A DNA stretch of 63,776 nucleotides, the filler included, from Chiloscyllium plagiosum (taxonomy: Eukaryota), in assembly GCF_004010195.1 (NCBI RefSeq). It is 4 parts of one record of this genome, joined end to end, with 100 filler letters (N's around TTAATTAATTAA, not from the genome) between each part and the next. Parts side by side here need not be neighbours in the genome. Positions count along the whole stretch, not along the records: positions 23,160 to 50,956 come from NC_057716.1; positions 51,057 to 56,692 come from NC_057716.1; positions 56,793 to 63,776 come from NC_057716.1; 1 more part is not named here. One strand, given 5' to 3'. Below the pieces are notes generated by a model that did no database searches, had not been told where the DNA came from, and saw only the letters and a program-made list of their open reading frames with translations. The number at the start of each line of letters is the position of its first letter. Within the stretch, counting starts at the first letter, position 1. Below are positions 49,681 to 61,589 of this stretch, piece after piece. Made by a program: the position numbers and the translations under genes.

Positions 49681-50956
49681 ATATTTACCAAACAGTCTTC
49701 AAAAGTCACCGTGGCACTTCCAGTGTCTTCTTCATCTGCAAGAATTGACAGGTGTTGGACATCCCGTGCAGCAGCAAGCATCTGTCAATGCAATCAGTCC
49801 TAGATGTAAATATTGTTCCCTCATCACTGAGTATTTTCGATTGGCGACTTGTCCAGTTCAGAATAAATGGAATTATGTGGTGCCCATGAACAGATGCAGA
49901 ACAAGCCCCAGACATCATGCAACACAAAAACGTTGACTCACGTTGGCTCCTCGCCGGTGACATCTCACCGTTTAAAATTTCATCCTTCGAATTTTCAAAA
50001 GTGACAGAGTCTCATCACATTCTTTCCCTTAACGTCATACAACTGTTTGAAATCTCATGTCAACTTTGATTCTGCATCCCGTGTACAGATCAAGTTTATA
50101 CTTCTAACTGAGTTGGTTATAGATTTGACTAGTCAAGACTAAATCGCTGTAATTCTCACCTCAGTTGTTCTGCTCCTGTTCCCGTATTTAAGACATTCCT
50201 TTCATCAAATATTTTGGTGATATCCCATATATCTCGAGACTAAATTGATTTACTGAATTTGTTGTGGTCTTTGAAATGTTTCGTGAAGTGGCTGGAGACG
50301 AATTGCAATTGCACTTTCTAATAATTGTGAATAATATTTATGATTAATTACTTAAAGAAAACCAATAACCCAAATTCTGCGAAACTTCACAGCAGAGTAG
50401 CAAATTGCCAACAGTTTAAACATCTTGCAGATCCAATGGCATCTTTTGGATTAAACTCTAATTAATTCCTAAGGCCACATTAACAATGCTGTCCATTGGA
50501 AACTCTATACTTGATTATATTCTATGAAAATACACACTGTATATTCACATAATCACTGAATATGTGTATATATTACAAAACATCTGTAAGGTCCAATCAT
50601 AACATAAGTCATATTCTGATACCGTCATAAGCCCAGTGCCAAAAGGTACTTTACTGCACTATGATTAACTAATGCGGCAATGGGTTAAAATGCTAGAATG
50701 CATTTTACTGAATTGGAAAGGAATGTAATTCTGGTCAATACTACAATTTATGTTTATTCATAGTCATTCATCAATTTTATGTTCCAAAATCCAATAGAAC
50801 AAGTTTCTGAAGGTACACAACATGCAAAATTAATTTTAAAAAGACTTTTATTACAATGGAACACGTGATATTTTGTCATAGCATTCATAGTAATCCATAA
50901 TATGTTATATGCACTGGAGACGGGTTGAAGCTGCCGAAATGAAAGCTTTGCATTTT

Positions 50957-51056
50957 NNNNNNNNNNNNNNNNNNNNNNNNNNNNNNNNNNNNNNNNNNNN
51001 TTAATTAATTAANNNNNNNNNNNNNNNNNNNNNNNNNNNNNNNNNNNNNNNNNNNN
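50957..51056. other. artificial 100-bp scaffold spacer
   Basis: 44 N + TTAATTAATTAA + 44 N. Confidence 0.98.
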
Positions 51057-51208
51057 TTGGACTGTGGGAGGAAACCGGAGCACCCGGAGGAAACCCACGC
51101 AGACACGGGGAGAACGTGCAAACTCCACAGTCAGTCGCCTGAGGCGGGAATTGAACCCGGGTCTCTGGCGTTGTGAGGCAGCAGTGCTAACCACTGTGCC
51201 ACCGTGCC
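51057..51208 (-). mobile_element. HE1/V-SINE 5' part
   Basis: tRNA head (TGGCACAGTGG, GGTTCAATTCC) followed by the V-domain core GGAGTTTGCACGTTCTCCCCGTGTCTGCGTGGGTTTCCTCCGGGTGCTCCGGTTTCCTCCCACAGTCCAA. Confidence 0.9.
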
Positions 51209-51804
51209 TTTTTGCTTTGGAGCAACTTGGTTCATTCTGATCGCCAGATTGCAGGAAGCTTGTGATTGCACGAGAGAGTGTTCAGATGAGATTGACCAAG
51301 ATGTTTCCTGAACTGGACCATTCCCTCGATGAAGATGGACGAAAAGTCTGGGGCTGTTTCCTTGATACCAGAGAGGGTTGAGTGATTAACATGCACAGTA
51401 GGAATATGAATATGTGTGATAGGAATAATCTTCTTATGGAAAGGATTAATAACTCGGTAGGTAAATTAAATACAAGAGTTACGAGGTTTAGTGGCGATTC
51501 AGGAAGAACGTTTTGATTCTGAGAATGTTGTTTGTCTGGAATTCACTGTCTGAAAGCGGGGTAAAACTGAGAGTCATCAGAACATTTCTGAAATATTTAG
51601 CTGAACACTTACAAAGCCAGACCGCACATGGATAAGGACCACGCACTGGAAAGGGAAGCGAGGATAAACAGATGCTTGGTGAAAGACACAAAAACAGTAT
51701 CATTGGCTGCTCGCGCATGATGTCTAGCACAGCTCTGTGGTGCACTAAAAAGCAAGAGAGGATTCTCTATTGTTATTAAGATTGTGATTCACAACTTGTG
51801 GGTT

Positions 51805-52676
51805 TGAGATGATACGAAGATAGGTGGAGTTGTGGACAGTGGGGAGGGCTGTTGTCGGCTGCAGAGGGACTTAGATATGATGCAGAGCTGGGCTGAGGAG
51901 TGGCAGATGGAGTTCAACCCTGCCAAGTGTGAGGTTGTCCATTTTGGAAGAACAAATAAGTATGCGGAATACAGGGTTAATGGTAGGGTTCTTAGTCAGG
52001 TGGAGGAACAGAGGGATCTTGGGGTCTATGTACATAGATCTTTGAAGGTTGCCACTCAGGTGGATAGAGTTTGTAAGAAGGCCTATGGAGTATTATCGTT
52101 CATTAGCAGAGGGATTGAATTCAAGAGTTGTGAAGTGATGTTGCAGCTGTACAGGATTTTGGTTAGGCCACAGTTGGAGTACTGTGTGCAGTTCTGGTCG
52201 CCTCACTTTTGGAAAGATGTGGAAGCTTTGGAGAGGGTGCAGAGAAGATTTACCAGGATGTTGCCTGGAATGGAGAGGGAGTCGTACGAGGATAGGTTGA
52301 GAGTTCTCGGCCTTTTCTCGTTGGAACGGCGAAGGATGAGGGGTGACTTGATGGAGGTTTATAAGATGATCAGAGGAATAGATCGAGTAGACAGTCAGAA
52401 ACTTTTTCCCCGGGCACAACCGAGTGTTACAAGGGGACATAAATTTAAGGTGAAGGGTGGAAGGTATAGGGGAGATGTCAGGGGTGGGTTCTTTACCCAG
52501 AGAGTGGTGGGGGCATGGAATGCGCTGCCCGTGGGAGTGGTGGAGTCGGAATCATTGGCGACCTTTAAGCGGCATAGGTACATGGATGGGTACTTAATCT
52601 AGGTTAGAAGTTCGGCACAACATCGTGGGCCGAAGGGCCTGTTCTGTGCTGTATTGTTCTATGTTCTATGTTCTAT
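51805..52676 (+). mobile_element. young 5'-truncated CR1 LINE
   Basis: Uninterrupted 256-aa frame at 51832-52602 (WQMEFNPAKC, LVRPQLEYCVQFWSP, FFTQRVVGAWNALP) and a 3' tail of TGTTCTA repeats. Confidence 0.93.
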
Positions 52677-55282
52677 ATTGAACATGTCTATTTCACCGGG
52701 TGCATAATTGGCTTTTAAAGATGGCCCTCTACCAATGAAGTCAGTAATTTCTGGGATATCTGGACAATGGTGAGTTCTTCTAGGAACAGCAGGTGGTAAG
52801 AAAGGGTTGGTACCTAGATGATGTGACAAAAGCCGTAGGGGCAGGAGTGACTATTGATATGGTGTGTTTGGTAAGATTTGGTATGAAATCACGCTTGGCC
52901 TTGCAGCAAGAATTCCTCCAACTTGCACTTGGTCAAAAAAACTGTAAGATTCAACCCAAAGAAATTGTTACAAAATAATATTCTTGTGCAAATCTTACCA
53001 AAAAAAATTGTTAAATTTTCTTTTGTGTGGTACTTTGAAAGAGAACGTTAAGTGTTGACAGATAAGGTGATCATGCAGTTTAGAACTTCAGGTGGTATGG
53101 TATGTATATAAGCTATTTAGATTATTATCTCAGCAAGCAAAATAACATTGAATTTCTCCCCAAAAAGTGCTTTTTAAAGTATTCCCCACACCCCACAATT
53201 TCCTTCTATAAGAAGAACTAACAGATACTGAAGTATGATAAAATAACAATTTATTAGATATTTTGAGCAGATTGTTTTTCCAGTAACAGATTTTTTTCTT
53301 GATCGAAGTACAATATAAATTTCATGCTAATTAAAATACATCCATCAAAATTAGCATACAAAAGATTCTAAAATATTCAAATCTTAAGGTAAAATATATA
53401 AAACTATAATCATATTAAGTACAATCAATATGAAGATGTGCAGGCCTATAACTAGTAAATTTAGGCAGCTAGTTTAGGCCATTTATTGGACAATGTCTGT
53501 TGGAATTGTACTTCAGTGTGAAGTAAGCCAAGATGAACGGTCACCCAATCATTCCTTGAATCTTGACGAATAAGAGAATATATAGAACATAGAACAGTAC
53601 AGCACAGAACAGGTCCTTTAGGCTACGATGTTGTGCCGACCATTGATCCTCATGTATGCACCCTCAAATTATCTGGGCCTAATCATTTTAGTATTGCTCA
53701 TGAGGTATAAACTTAAAATGTAATCTGTATTAACAGTCACTTGTATCCAATGCTATATTTAGTTTTACTTTCCAGTTTTAAATTGTATTTACTTTTCACA
53801 GCGTATTTGATTGTAATTAAAGGAATATCTGACAATCTCACACTATTTGTATCAACAGTTTTATTTTGAATATATTTGCTCCAATATTTAAAGATAGCAA
53901 AAAAAATGTCTGAGGGTATGAGATGCACAAAGCTTTTTTTTTAAATCAAGTGGATGTTTTGCTCACATTTGTAACTAGACCAGAATAAACTGATTTCATT
54001 TGGTCCCTTTGAAAATGTCTGTGGTCAGAAAAGCATTGTTTTAGTAGGTGTTTTCCTCCACATTTTTTTAAGTGAAGAGTTTTAGAGTTAGAAACAAACT
54101 CTGTTCTTCCTCTCTAATTTCAAAGCTTTGATTTACAAGAACTAGAATTCCATTCAAACCAGTGAATATGACTATCCCTGTTGCACCAAGGTAAATGAAC
54201 CGTTAAGCTGGAAGTCAAGTTAAAAGAAAAATGTTATTGATCCAAATTTTCTGAATGCTCCTATATTTCTTTACATAAAATATTAGGAAGCATTTGCTAC
54301 AAGTATTTGAATCTAGTCGAGCAGTCTATCCTCATTATTTATTATTTAGGTTTTTATCATAAGTTGTGTAGCTACCATTTTTTGCACATGCCACCCTGGT
54401 GTTTAACAGTGCTTTCCCTTACGCTGTCCTGTCCTACACCCATGACCATAACTTCAGCAACAACCTGCTGACTTACAACTAATTAAAAATGAACAAAATT
54501 AAACTATTTAGATTTCAGAAGAAACATTTTACAGAATTAACAGAACAAAACAATTATGAAACAATATCTTTATGAATATTTAATTTTGAATAATCAAATG
54601 AACTTTTTTGTGAAGATCTTTGCTTACCTGGATTGGAGCATATCTAGACTTTTTTTTAAAAGTCAGTCTTCTGCAATTAACAACTAGTTCATCATAGCTT
54701 AAGTGACCATTTATTATTTATTTCACAGTGTACAAATAATTGAAATGCTAAAGCTCCAGTGTACATGTTTTATATATATTTTCTATCATTTAGTTCCATC
54801 AAAATGTGAAGAATTCCTTCATATTATGTGGCAAGATCAGTAGTTTTCACATTTAGAATTACTTTTGTTTATATTAAGATTAGTAGTTTCACCTCAAACT
54901 TTACGTTTCCTCAGATTTCAACCTTCAATACAAATCAGCCTTTCCCTTGGCAAAATAATTGACATAATCTCTTCAAAATTTACAAATGTACAACGTATTT
55001 ATAACATTACATATCTCAAACTTTAACACAAGTCCAGTGCAAAGTACCTCTTGATTGAAAGTTTTTTTCAGATAAAAACACCAACAAAAAAAGCTGGCAC
55101 AAAATAGTACTGAAGATAAAGGAACAGACAGATCACCTCTTTTGACAGCTATTGGCTCATTCTAATTAGCTTTAAAAGGTTTTTTTAACCAAATATTTAT
55201 GATATGTCCAAATATGCTGGCTGTATATAAAAATATAATGTATCAGAGGAAAGTCTGTCTCTTTCTCTAGCTCAGTTTTGAA

Positions 55283-55459
55283 TTATGCATTTGAATCCTC
55301 TTTGACAAGAGTAGCTGTATCTTTGAAAGTATTCTCCGTAGGACTATATGTCAAAGGTTCGTCTTTTTTTGAATGCGACTTACTTGGAAGTAATCCAAAA
55401 GTATGAGAAGTGGCAGCGGTTTCTCCAAGTGGGTTATTTGTCTGTTGCTGTTTCTGGCA
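55283..55459 (-). CDS. probable terminal coding exon of an unidentified gene
   Basis: Strong acceptor TCTTTATTTTCTACTTCCTAG. The phase-0 frame CQKQQQTNNPLGETAATSHTFGLLPSKSHSKKDEPLTYSPTENTFKDTATLVKEDSNA ends in TAA and is followed by ~2 kb of AU-rich, nearly repeat-free sequence with minus-strand AATAAA at 53250-53255. Confidence 0.5.
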   Translation of the reverse strand, partial: CQKQQQTNNPLGETAATSHTFGLLPSKSHSKKDEPLTYSPTENTFKDTATLVKEDSNA

Positions 55460-56377
55460 CTAGGAAGTAGAAAATAAAGACATTCAGTTAGACAAAATCT
55501 ATTTAAGTAGACTGTCCTTTAGAGTGGCCGTTATGAGATTACGATTTTACTTAGTACAAGAAATGAAAACAAGCCTTGCGTTGTGATATGTTTCTGATGC
55601 AGAAGGAGAATCATTACAATTGAAGTGTTGGAGCATCAGTTCCGTGCTGTTAACAAGAAAAACAGAGTTCAAATTTTGGTCTCAAAGGCATCCAAAGTCT
55701 GCAAATGATATAACTTAGCCGTTGCTTTCCTGCTGACTAGAAAAAGCAGCACTCGTCTGACATGTCTAATAGGATTTTATTGAATCATGTGAAAGATAAG
55801 CACCTTCTGTGCCTACTTATATATTTAGCAACTATAAATTCCGCGAAATATCAGATGAGAGACTCAATTCTAATTACTGCTATGTAGCAGTTTAGTGTGT
55901 CGACCAATCTATCCTATGCTCTTTTTTGATTCTTTAATTAAAACACTTGTAATGGCAATAATAATTCAGCTCTTTGTATCATAAGTCTACCATTTATCAT
56001 CAGTGTGGTACTCTAGGATACAATTGGGTTAGGTAACTCTAAGATATACTAAATGTCAGATTGAGGATGATACATTTTATAACATAGGATCTCTTCAGTC
56101 TGAGGATCGTTAAAGCACTTTAATCATGTTTAAAAATAGATATATTTGCATTTTGAATAAATTCCAGCTACACTGCCAAAAAAAAATAAATTCTGCGAGC
56201 CAAGCAATTGCCTCTTCATCTGCTGTGTTGCTGTGATTGAGTTTGTAGAGTAGACATGATTTGGAGAAGTACAGCACAGATTATGTCTCCTCACAAGTGC
56301 ATAAGGGAATTGTACTGAGACCCCAGCAATAGGTATTGGCTCCAAAGGGGCATTGACTTCTGGACATGTTTAGCAAA

Positions 56378-56692
56378 GGTAAAAACAATGACTGCAGATA
56401 CTGGAAACCAGATTCTGGATTAGTGGTGCTGGAAGAGCACAGCAGTTCAGGCAGCATCCAAGGAGCAGCGAAATCGACGTTTCGGGCAAAAGCTCTTCAT
56501 CAGGAATAAAGGCAGAAAGCCTGAAGCGTGGAGAGATAAGCTAGAGGAGCATGGGGATGGGGAGAAAGTAGCATAGAGTACAATGGGTGAGTGGGGGAGG
56601 GGCTGAAGGTGATAGGTCAGGGAGGAGAGGGTGAAGTGGATAGGTGGAAAAGGAGATAGGCAGGTAGGACAAGTCCGGACAAGTCATGGGGA
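56378..56692 (-). mobile_element. Penelope pLTR (family A)
   Basis: Matches 63191-63776 and 12990-13120; antisense hammerhead motif at ~56472-56506. Confidence 0.85.
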
Positions 56693-56792
56693 NNNNNNNN
56701 NNNNNNNNNNNNNNNNNNNNNNNNNNNNNNNNNNNNTTAATTAATTAANNNNNNNNNNNNNNNNNNNNNNNNNNNNNNNNNNNNNNNNNNNN
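56693..56792. other. artificial 100-bp scaffold spacer
   Basis: 44 N + TTAATTAATTAA + 44 N. Confidence 0.98.
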
Positions 56793-57554
56793 TGGCAGAA
56801 TTTAAGGCAGGAGCATCTCCAATGTGTCCCAAATGCAAAATAGAGGTGGGTACTCTTGTACATTGCCTATGTACCTGTCATAAGATCCGTAGATATTGGA
56901 CTATAGTAGCAAGTACCCTGACAGAAATTTTAGGAATCGAAATTAAAGTGGGCCCTGTATCTCTCCTTTTGGGCTTTTTGAACTTTCCCTCCCTGGACAT
57001 GTACGGGAAGAGACTATTTTCTATCTCTCTTTCTGTGCAAGGAAAAATATTTTGGTGAACTAGGTGGCTGAGGGCCCCCCTGGACTTTCAAATTGGCACA
57101 GATTAATTATGGAATGTATTCCCCTTGACTTCCTTACAAATATGGTGCACCGAAAGACCGAATTATTTTATAAAATATGGCAGCCCTTTTTGAATTATAT
57201 AAATACAGATATCTCGGCTATCCTAACAAGGGCTTTTATTTAATTGGGATTACAAACCTGGCTGGTCTGGGGCCCCTTAGGAGAGGAATCCCGCATGAAT
57301 ACGGGTTTTATTACATCTGATATTAACACATTCCGAGCATGTAAGAGACTTAAATATACACTCTGGTTAGCTGTAGGTTAGATTAGTAGATAGTTGAGTT
57401 TTGTTTTTTTTTCTGTTTCGTTTTTTTTTTATTCTTAAATTTTGGCTATTGTATATTTGATTTAATTGTATATCAATGTTTGTATTTGAGAGTTTTGTTT
57501 ATTTTTGTAAACTTGTAAAAATGTTAAATGTCTAATAAAAATATCTAAAAAAAA
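56793..57554 (+). mobile_element. L1/Tx1-clade LINE 3' end
   Basis: C-terminal zinc finger CPKC...GTLVHCLCTC..IRRYW, a T-rich 3'UTR, AATAAA at ~57534 and an A tail. Confidence 0.8.
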
Positions 57555-57589
57555 CGATTTCAGCATAAATGTTTCTAGTTAATCATGAA

Positions 57590-59072
57590 AACTAGCGAGG
57601 TGGTTGCTGGGCCCCTTGTGGCGACGTTTGGATCATTGATAGTCACAAGGTGAGGTGCCAAAAGACTAACATGGTGTCACTCCTTAAGAAAGGTGGTAAG
57701 GAAAAAGCCAAGGAACTATAGACCAGTGAGCCTGACATCGGTGGTTGGCAAGTTGTTGGAGGGAATCCTGTGGGACAAGATTTACATGTATTTTGGAAGG
57801 CAAATATAGTCAACATGGCTTTGTGTGTGGAAAATCATGTCTCACTAACTTGAATGAGTTTTTTGAAGAAGTATTGAAGAGGATTAATGAGGACAGAGCA
57901 GTGGATGTGATATCCGTAGACTTCAGTAAGGCATTCGACAAGGTTCCTCATGGTAGACTGGTCACCAAGATTAGACCAAGTGGAATACAAGGAGAACTAG
58001 CCACTTAGATGTAGAACTGCTTGAAAGTAGAAGACGGAGAATGGTGGGGTTGCTTTTCAGATTGGAGGCCTGTGACCAGTGGTGTGCCACAAGGATCGGT
58101 GCTGGGTTCACTGCTTTTCTTCATTTATATAAATGATTTGGATATGAACAAAGGACATATAGTCAGCAAGTTTGCAGATGATACCAAACTTGGAGGTGCA
58201 GTGGACAGCGAAGAAGGTTACCTCAGAGTATAATGGGATCTTGATCAAATAGGCTAATGGGCCAAGGAGTAGCAGACGGAGTATAATTTAAATAAATGTT
58301 AGGTGCTGCATTTTGGAAAGGCAAATAGGACAGAACTTATACCTTAATGGTAAGTCCTTGGGAGAGTTACTGAACAAAGAGACCTTGGAGTGCAGGTTCA
58401 GAGTTCCTTGAAAGTGGAGCCGCAAGTAGGTAGGTTAGTGAAGAAGGCGTTTGGTATGGTTTCCTTTATTGGTCAGAGCATCAAGTATATGGGCTAGGAG
58501 GTCATGTTGTAGCTGTACAGGGCCTAGGTTAGGCCTCTTTTGGAATCTTGTATGCAATTCTGGTCTCTGTCCTATAAGAAGATGTAGTGAAACTTGAAAG
58601 GGTTCAGAAAAGATTTAAAAGGATGTTGCCAGGGTTGGAGGATTTGAGTATAGGGAGGCTGGGGCTGTTTTCCCTGGAGTGTTGGAGGCTTGGGGCGACC
58701 TTATAGAGGTTTATAAAATCATGAGGGGCATGGATAGGGTAAATAGACAAGGTCTTTTCCCTGGAGTGGGGGAGTCCAGAACTAGTGGGAATAGGTTTCA
58801 GGTGAGGAGAAATATATTAAAAGGGACCTAAGGGGCAACATTTTCACACAGTGGGTGGTGTGTGTATAGAATGAGCTGTTAGAGGAAGTGATGGAGGCTG
58901 GTAAAATACAACATTTAAAAGGCATCCAGATGGTTCCATGATTAGGAAGGGTTTAGAGGGACATGGACCAAGTGGTGGCAAATGGGACAGATTTATTTAG
59001 GATATCTGGTTGGCATGGATGAGTTGGACTGAAGGTTTTTTTTTGCACTGTTACATCTCTGTAACTCCACGA
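57590..59072 (+). mobile_element. CR1 LINE 3' part
   Basis: [44 protein letters not shown] and FADDTKLGG, followed by the 3'UTR. Confidence 0.92.
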
Positions 59073-59234
59073 TATTCACTTCAACAAAGGTATCAACTCT
59101 ACTGGAATTAATTATTGGACTAATTATTGAATTTGAAGTGAACTAAATTTGTTCTATTTGAAAGACTTTTTCTGTGCAATGTCTTTTTTCAAAAATGTTA
59201 GCAGAGTTTAAGCAAAATTATAACTACTGTCAAT

Positions 59235-59670
59235 CCATGTAAGATTCTGTAAATCCCACTTTAGAAATAGAACCAGTCTGACTCAAGGTTGGGACACAGA
59301 CAGACTTTAACCTTGTACCTTTAATGCACTGTCTGAGCTGAGATGGCACCTTTATTAGAAAACCTGAAGTTACCTTGAGAAGGTAACTTAAAAGAAGTTC
59401 TGGGATTTACATATTAAAGAATCAAAACTAGCAAACCCATTCTAAAAGATGAAAGACTCAATCTAAATTTGTTTAATATATAATTTCTGCTGCATGACAA
59501 TGTAATCCTTTTGCTGTAAATTTTGTCTTATGGTCCTGTTTCACAACCACTTGATGAAGAAGCAGCACTTCGAAAGCTAGTACTTCCAAATAAACCTGTT
59601 GGACTATCACCTAGTGTTGTGTGACTTTTAACTTTGTCCACCCCAGTCCAACACCAGCTCCTCCAAATCA
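59235..59670 (+). mobile_element. Penelope family B pLTR (longer copy)
   Basis: Ends in the same 3' sequence as 7645-7760; degraded hammerhead TTGATGAAGAAGCAGCACTTCGAAAGCTAG. The 5' boundary is approximate. Confidence 0.65.
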
Positions 59671-60265
59671 TCTCTTTTTGGAGGTTCTGATTTCCTGTTT
59701 CTCCTATTGAGCTAATGTCACTAAACTGCTTGATGCATCACTAATAGCTATTTCTAGGCACTGTGTTACCCTATAAAGGATCCAACTAATTAAATTCCAG
59801 AAACTGATGGCTGTCTGAAGGATTCAGATGTTTTGCTTGAAAATGGCTCTTGAATGGGAAAGTCCAGTATACTTAGAGTAAAAATTTAATAAAATGCTAA
59901 ATATCTAGCTTCGACTTCCTGGCTATTTGCTCCTAACAACTATAATAGATTTTGCAATCATTGGAGTCACTGCAGAAAAGTTTCAAAAAAATGCTCCTAA
60001 CCAATTTTAGAAACCAGCACTATTTCTTGAGACTCTCAACTAGTGTCTTAAAAGACAAGATGTTGCCTCAACATCAGGTTTTTTGATTATCTTTCTCCAA
60101 TGCCTATGATACACTCACAAAAAAAATGGAGCACTGGAAATCTGAACTTGAAATCGAGGTGTTAGAAATACAGCACAGGTCTATCAGCATCTGTGGAAAA
60201 ATAGTCGTATTGGACTCAAACATTAGGAAGAACCTTCTGTTCCTGGGGCTGGCAAGATTAAATGT

Positions 60266-60414
60266 TAAAAATCACACACCAGGTTATAGTCCAACAGGTT
60301 TAATTGGAAGCACTAGCTTTCGGAGCGGCGCTTCCAATTAAACCTGTTGGACTATAACCTGGTGTTGTGATTTTTGACTTTGTACACCCCAGTCCAACAC
60401 CGGCACCTCCAAAT
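60266..60414. mobile_element. Penelope family B palindromic mini-element
   Basis: Inverted termini; TSD CAAGATTAAATGT (60253-60265) / CAAGAATAAATGT (60415-60427). Confidence 0.8.
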
Positions 60415-60493
60415 CAAGAATAAATGTGGGAGTATATTTTGTAAGGAAGAGTAGTGACAAATTCTATTTTCTCATCTCCACCACAAGTAAATG

Positions 60494-60849
60494 CTGTGGT
60501 TCTGTTCGCCGAGCTGGAAGTTTTTGTTGCAAACGTTTCGTCCCCTGTCTAGGTGACATCCTCGGTGCTTGGGAGCCTCCTGTGAAGCGCTTCTGTGGTG
60601 TTTTCTCCGCATTTATAGTGGCCTGTCCCTGCCGCTTCCGGTTGTCAGTTCCAGCTGACAACCGGAAGCGGCAGGGACAGGCCACTATACATGCCGGAGG
60701 AAACACCACAGAAGCGCTTCACAGGAGGCTCCCAAGCACCGAGGATGTCACCTAGACAGGGGACGAAACGTTTGCAACAAAAACTTCCAGCTCGGCGAAC
60801 AGAACCACAGCAACGAGCACCCGAGCTACAAATCTTCTCACAAACTTTG
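60494..60849 (+). mobile_element. Penelope-derived fold-back element (family C) in the PARP14-like intron 1
   Basis: Arms at 60492-60648 and 60655-60812 with a 6-nt loop; TSD ACCACAAGTAAATG (60480-60493) / ACCATAAGTAAATG (60850-60863); hammerhead-like motifs at 60736-60775 (+) and 60529-60568 (-). Confidence 0.85.
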
Positions 60850-61322
60850 ACCATAAGTAAATGTCAATCTTCACGCCCTACTGCCAATCAAGACCCTGAA
60901 GTGGCCAATTAGGGAGTCCAATGCTCTCACCCGGCAGGCAAAGCTCCAACAAAATTCCACACGTTAACTCTGCCTCTTTCTCTATTGCTGCTGCTAACTA
61001 TTTTCGCTTCGGACATCTATCATCCAAGTTTCTTTTTGCTGCTGTTATCGAACGGTGTTAAGATCTCAGGCCGCTAAACAGGGCCATTTATTTCCCCACA
61101 AATATTGACCGCATAATTCTGTTTTTCCCTCTGTGTGTTTGAGTCACGCACCCTGGCCACTTTCGGGGTTTCCTGAAATGAGACCCCCCCCCCAATAGAG
61201 AGTGATCTATCGCCAACGAGTGAATTTCTAACACAAACGCTGCATTTATAGAGTCCCGTGTAACTGTGAATTTTATCGAATTGTGCTTGTAAGTGGGAAC
61301 TTTCAACATCAAAGAAACTCAC

Positions 61323-61519
61323 GCACTTTCCGGGGAGGCGAAACAGACTATTGCTTGCTTTGCTGACAGATCCTCATATTCCACTACGCAGTCTCCGCCG
61401 TTCGATTTTTTTCGACTTTGGAAATAAAGCTGAAGTTTAGTTTTCAAAACTTTAGCGACGTCTGGACCCCAGTCCCCTTCTACCAGGACGGGATAGAGAT
61501 AGTCAGTACTTGCCGCCAT
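61323..61519 (-). CDS. parp14: protein mono-ADP-ribosyltransferase PARP14-like, coding exon 1
   Basis: MAASTDYLYPVLVEGDWGPDVAKVLKTKLQLYFQSRKKSNGGDCVVEY... matches the PARP14 N-terminal RRM-like signature (PxxVEGxWG...KLQxYFQSxKxSxGGxCxV). Good Kozak context GCGATGG; donor GTGAGT at 61322-61317 (alternative GTGCGT from 61326); CpG-rich surroundings. It could be a paralogue. Confidence 0.88.
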
Positions 61520-61557
61520 CGCTCACAGGAGAATGGCAACACTGAGATATTACAATC

Positions 61558-61589
61558 GCTTTCACTTTCGTTTCTCGTCAAACGAAACT
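61558..61589 (-). promoter_or_regulatory. ISRE/IRF-binding elements
   Basis: Gene-strand GAAACGAAAGTGAAAGC (61574-61558) and an opposite-facing AAACGAAACT (61580-61589), 40-70 bp upstream of the ATG. Confidence 0.8.

Noticed and set aside
51125..51208. tRNA gene
   Set aside because: The A and B boxes run directly into the V-SINE core, so this is a SINE head; the same applies at 41636-41709.
60426..60912. Overlapping ORFs with repeated peptides on both strands
   Set aside because: A consequence of the 157-bp inverted repeat, not protein coding.
55283..61519. Two-exon gene joining PARP14-like exon 1 to the 55459 acceptor
   Set aside because: Phase mismatch gives early stops, the peptide lacks PARP14 similarity, and an unsized spacer lies between them.
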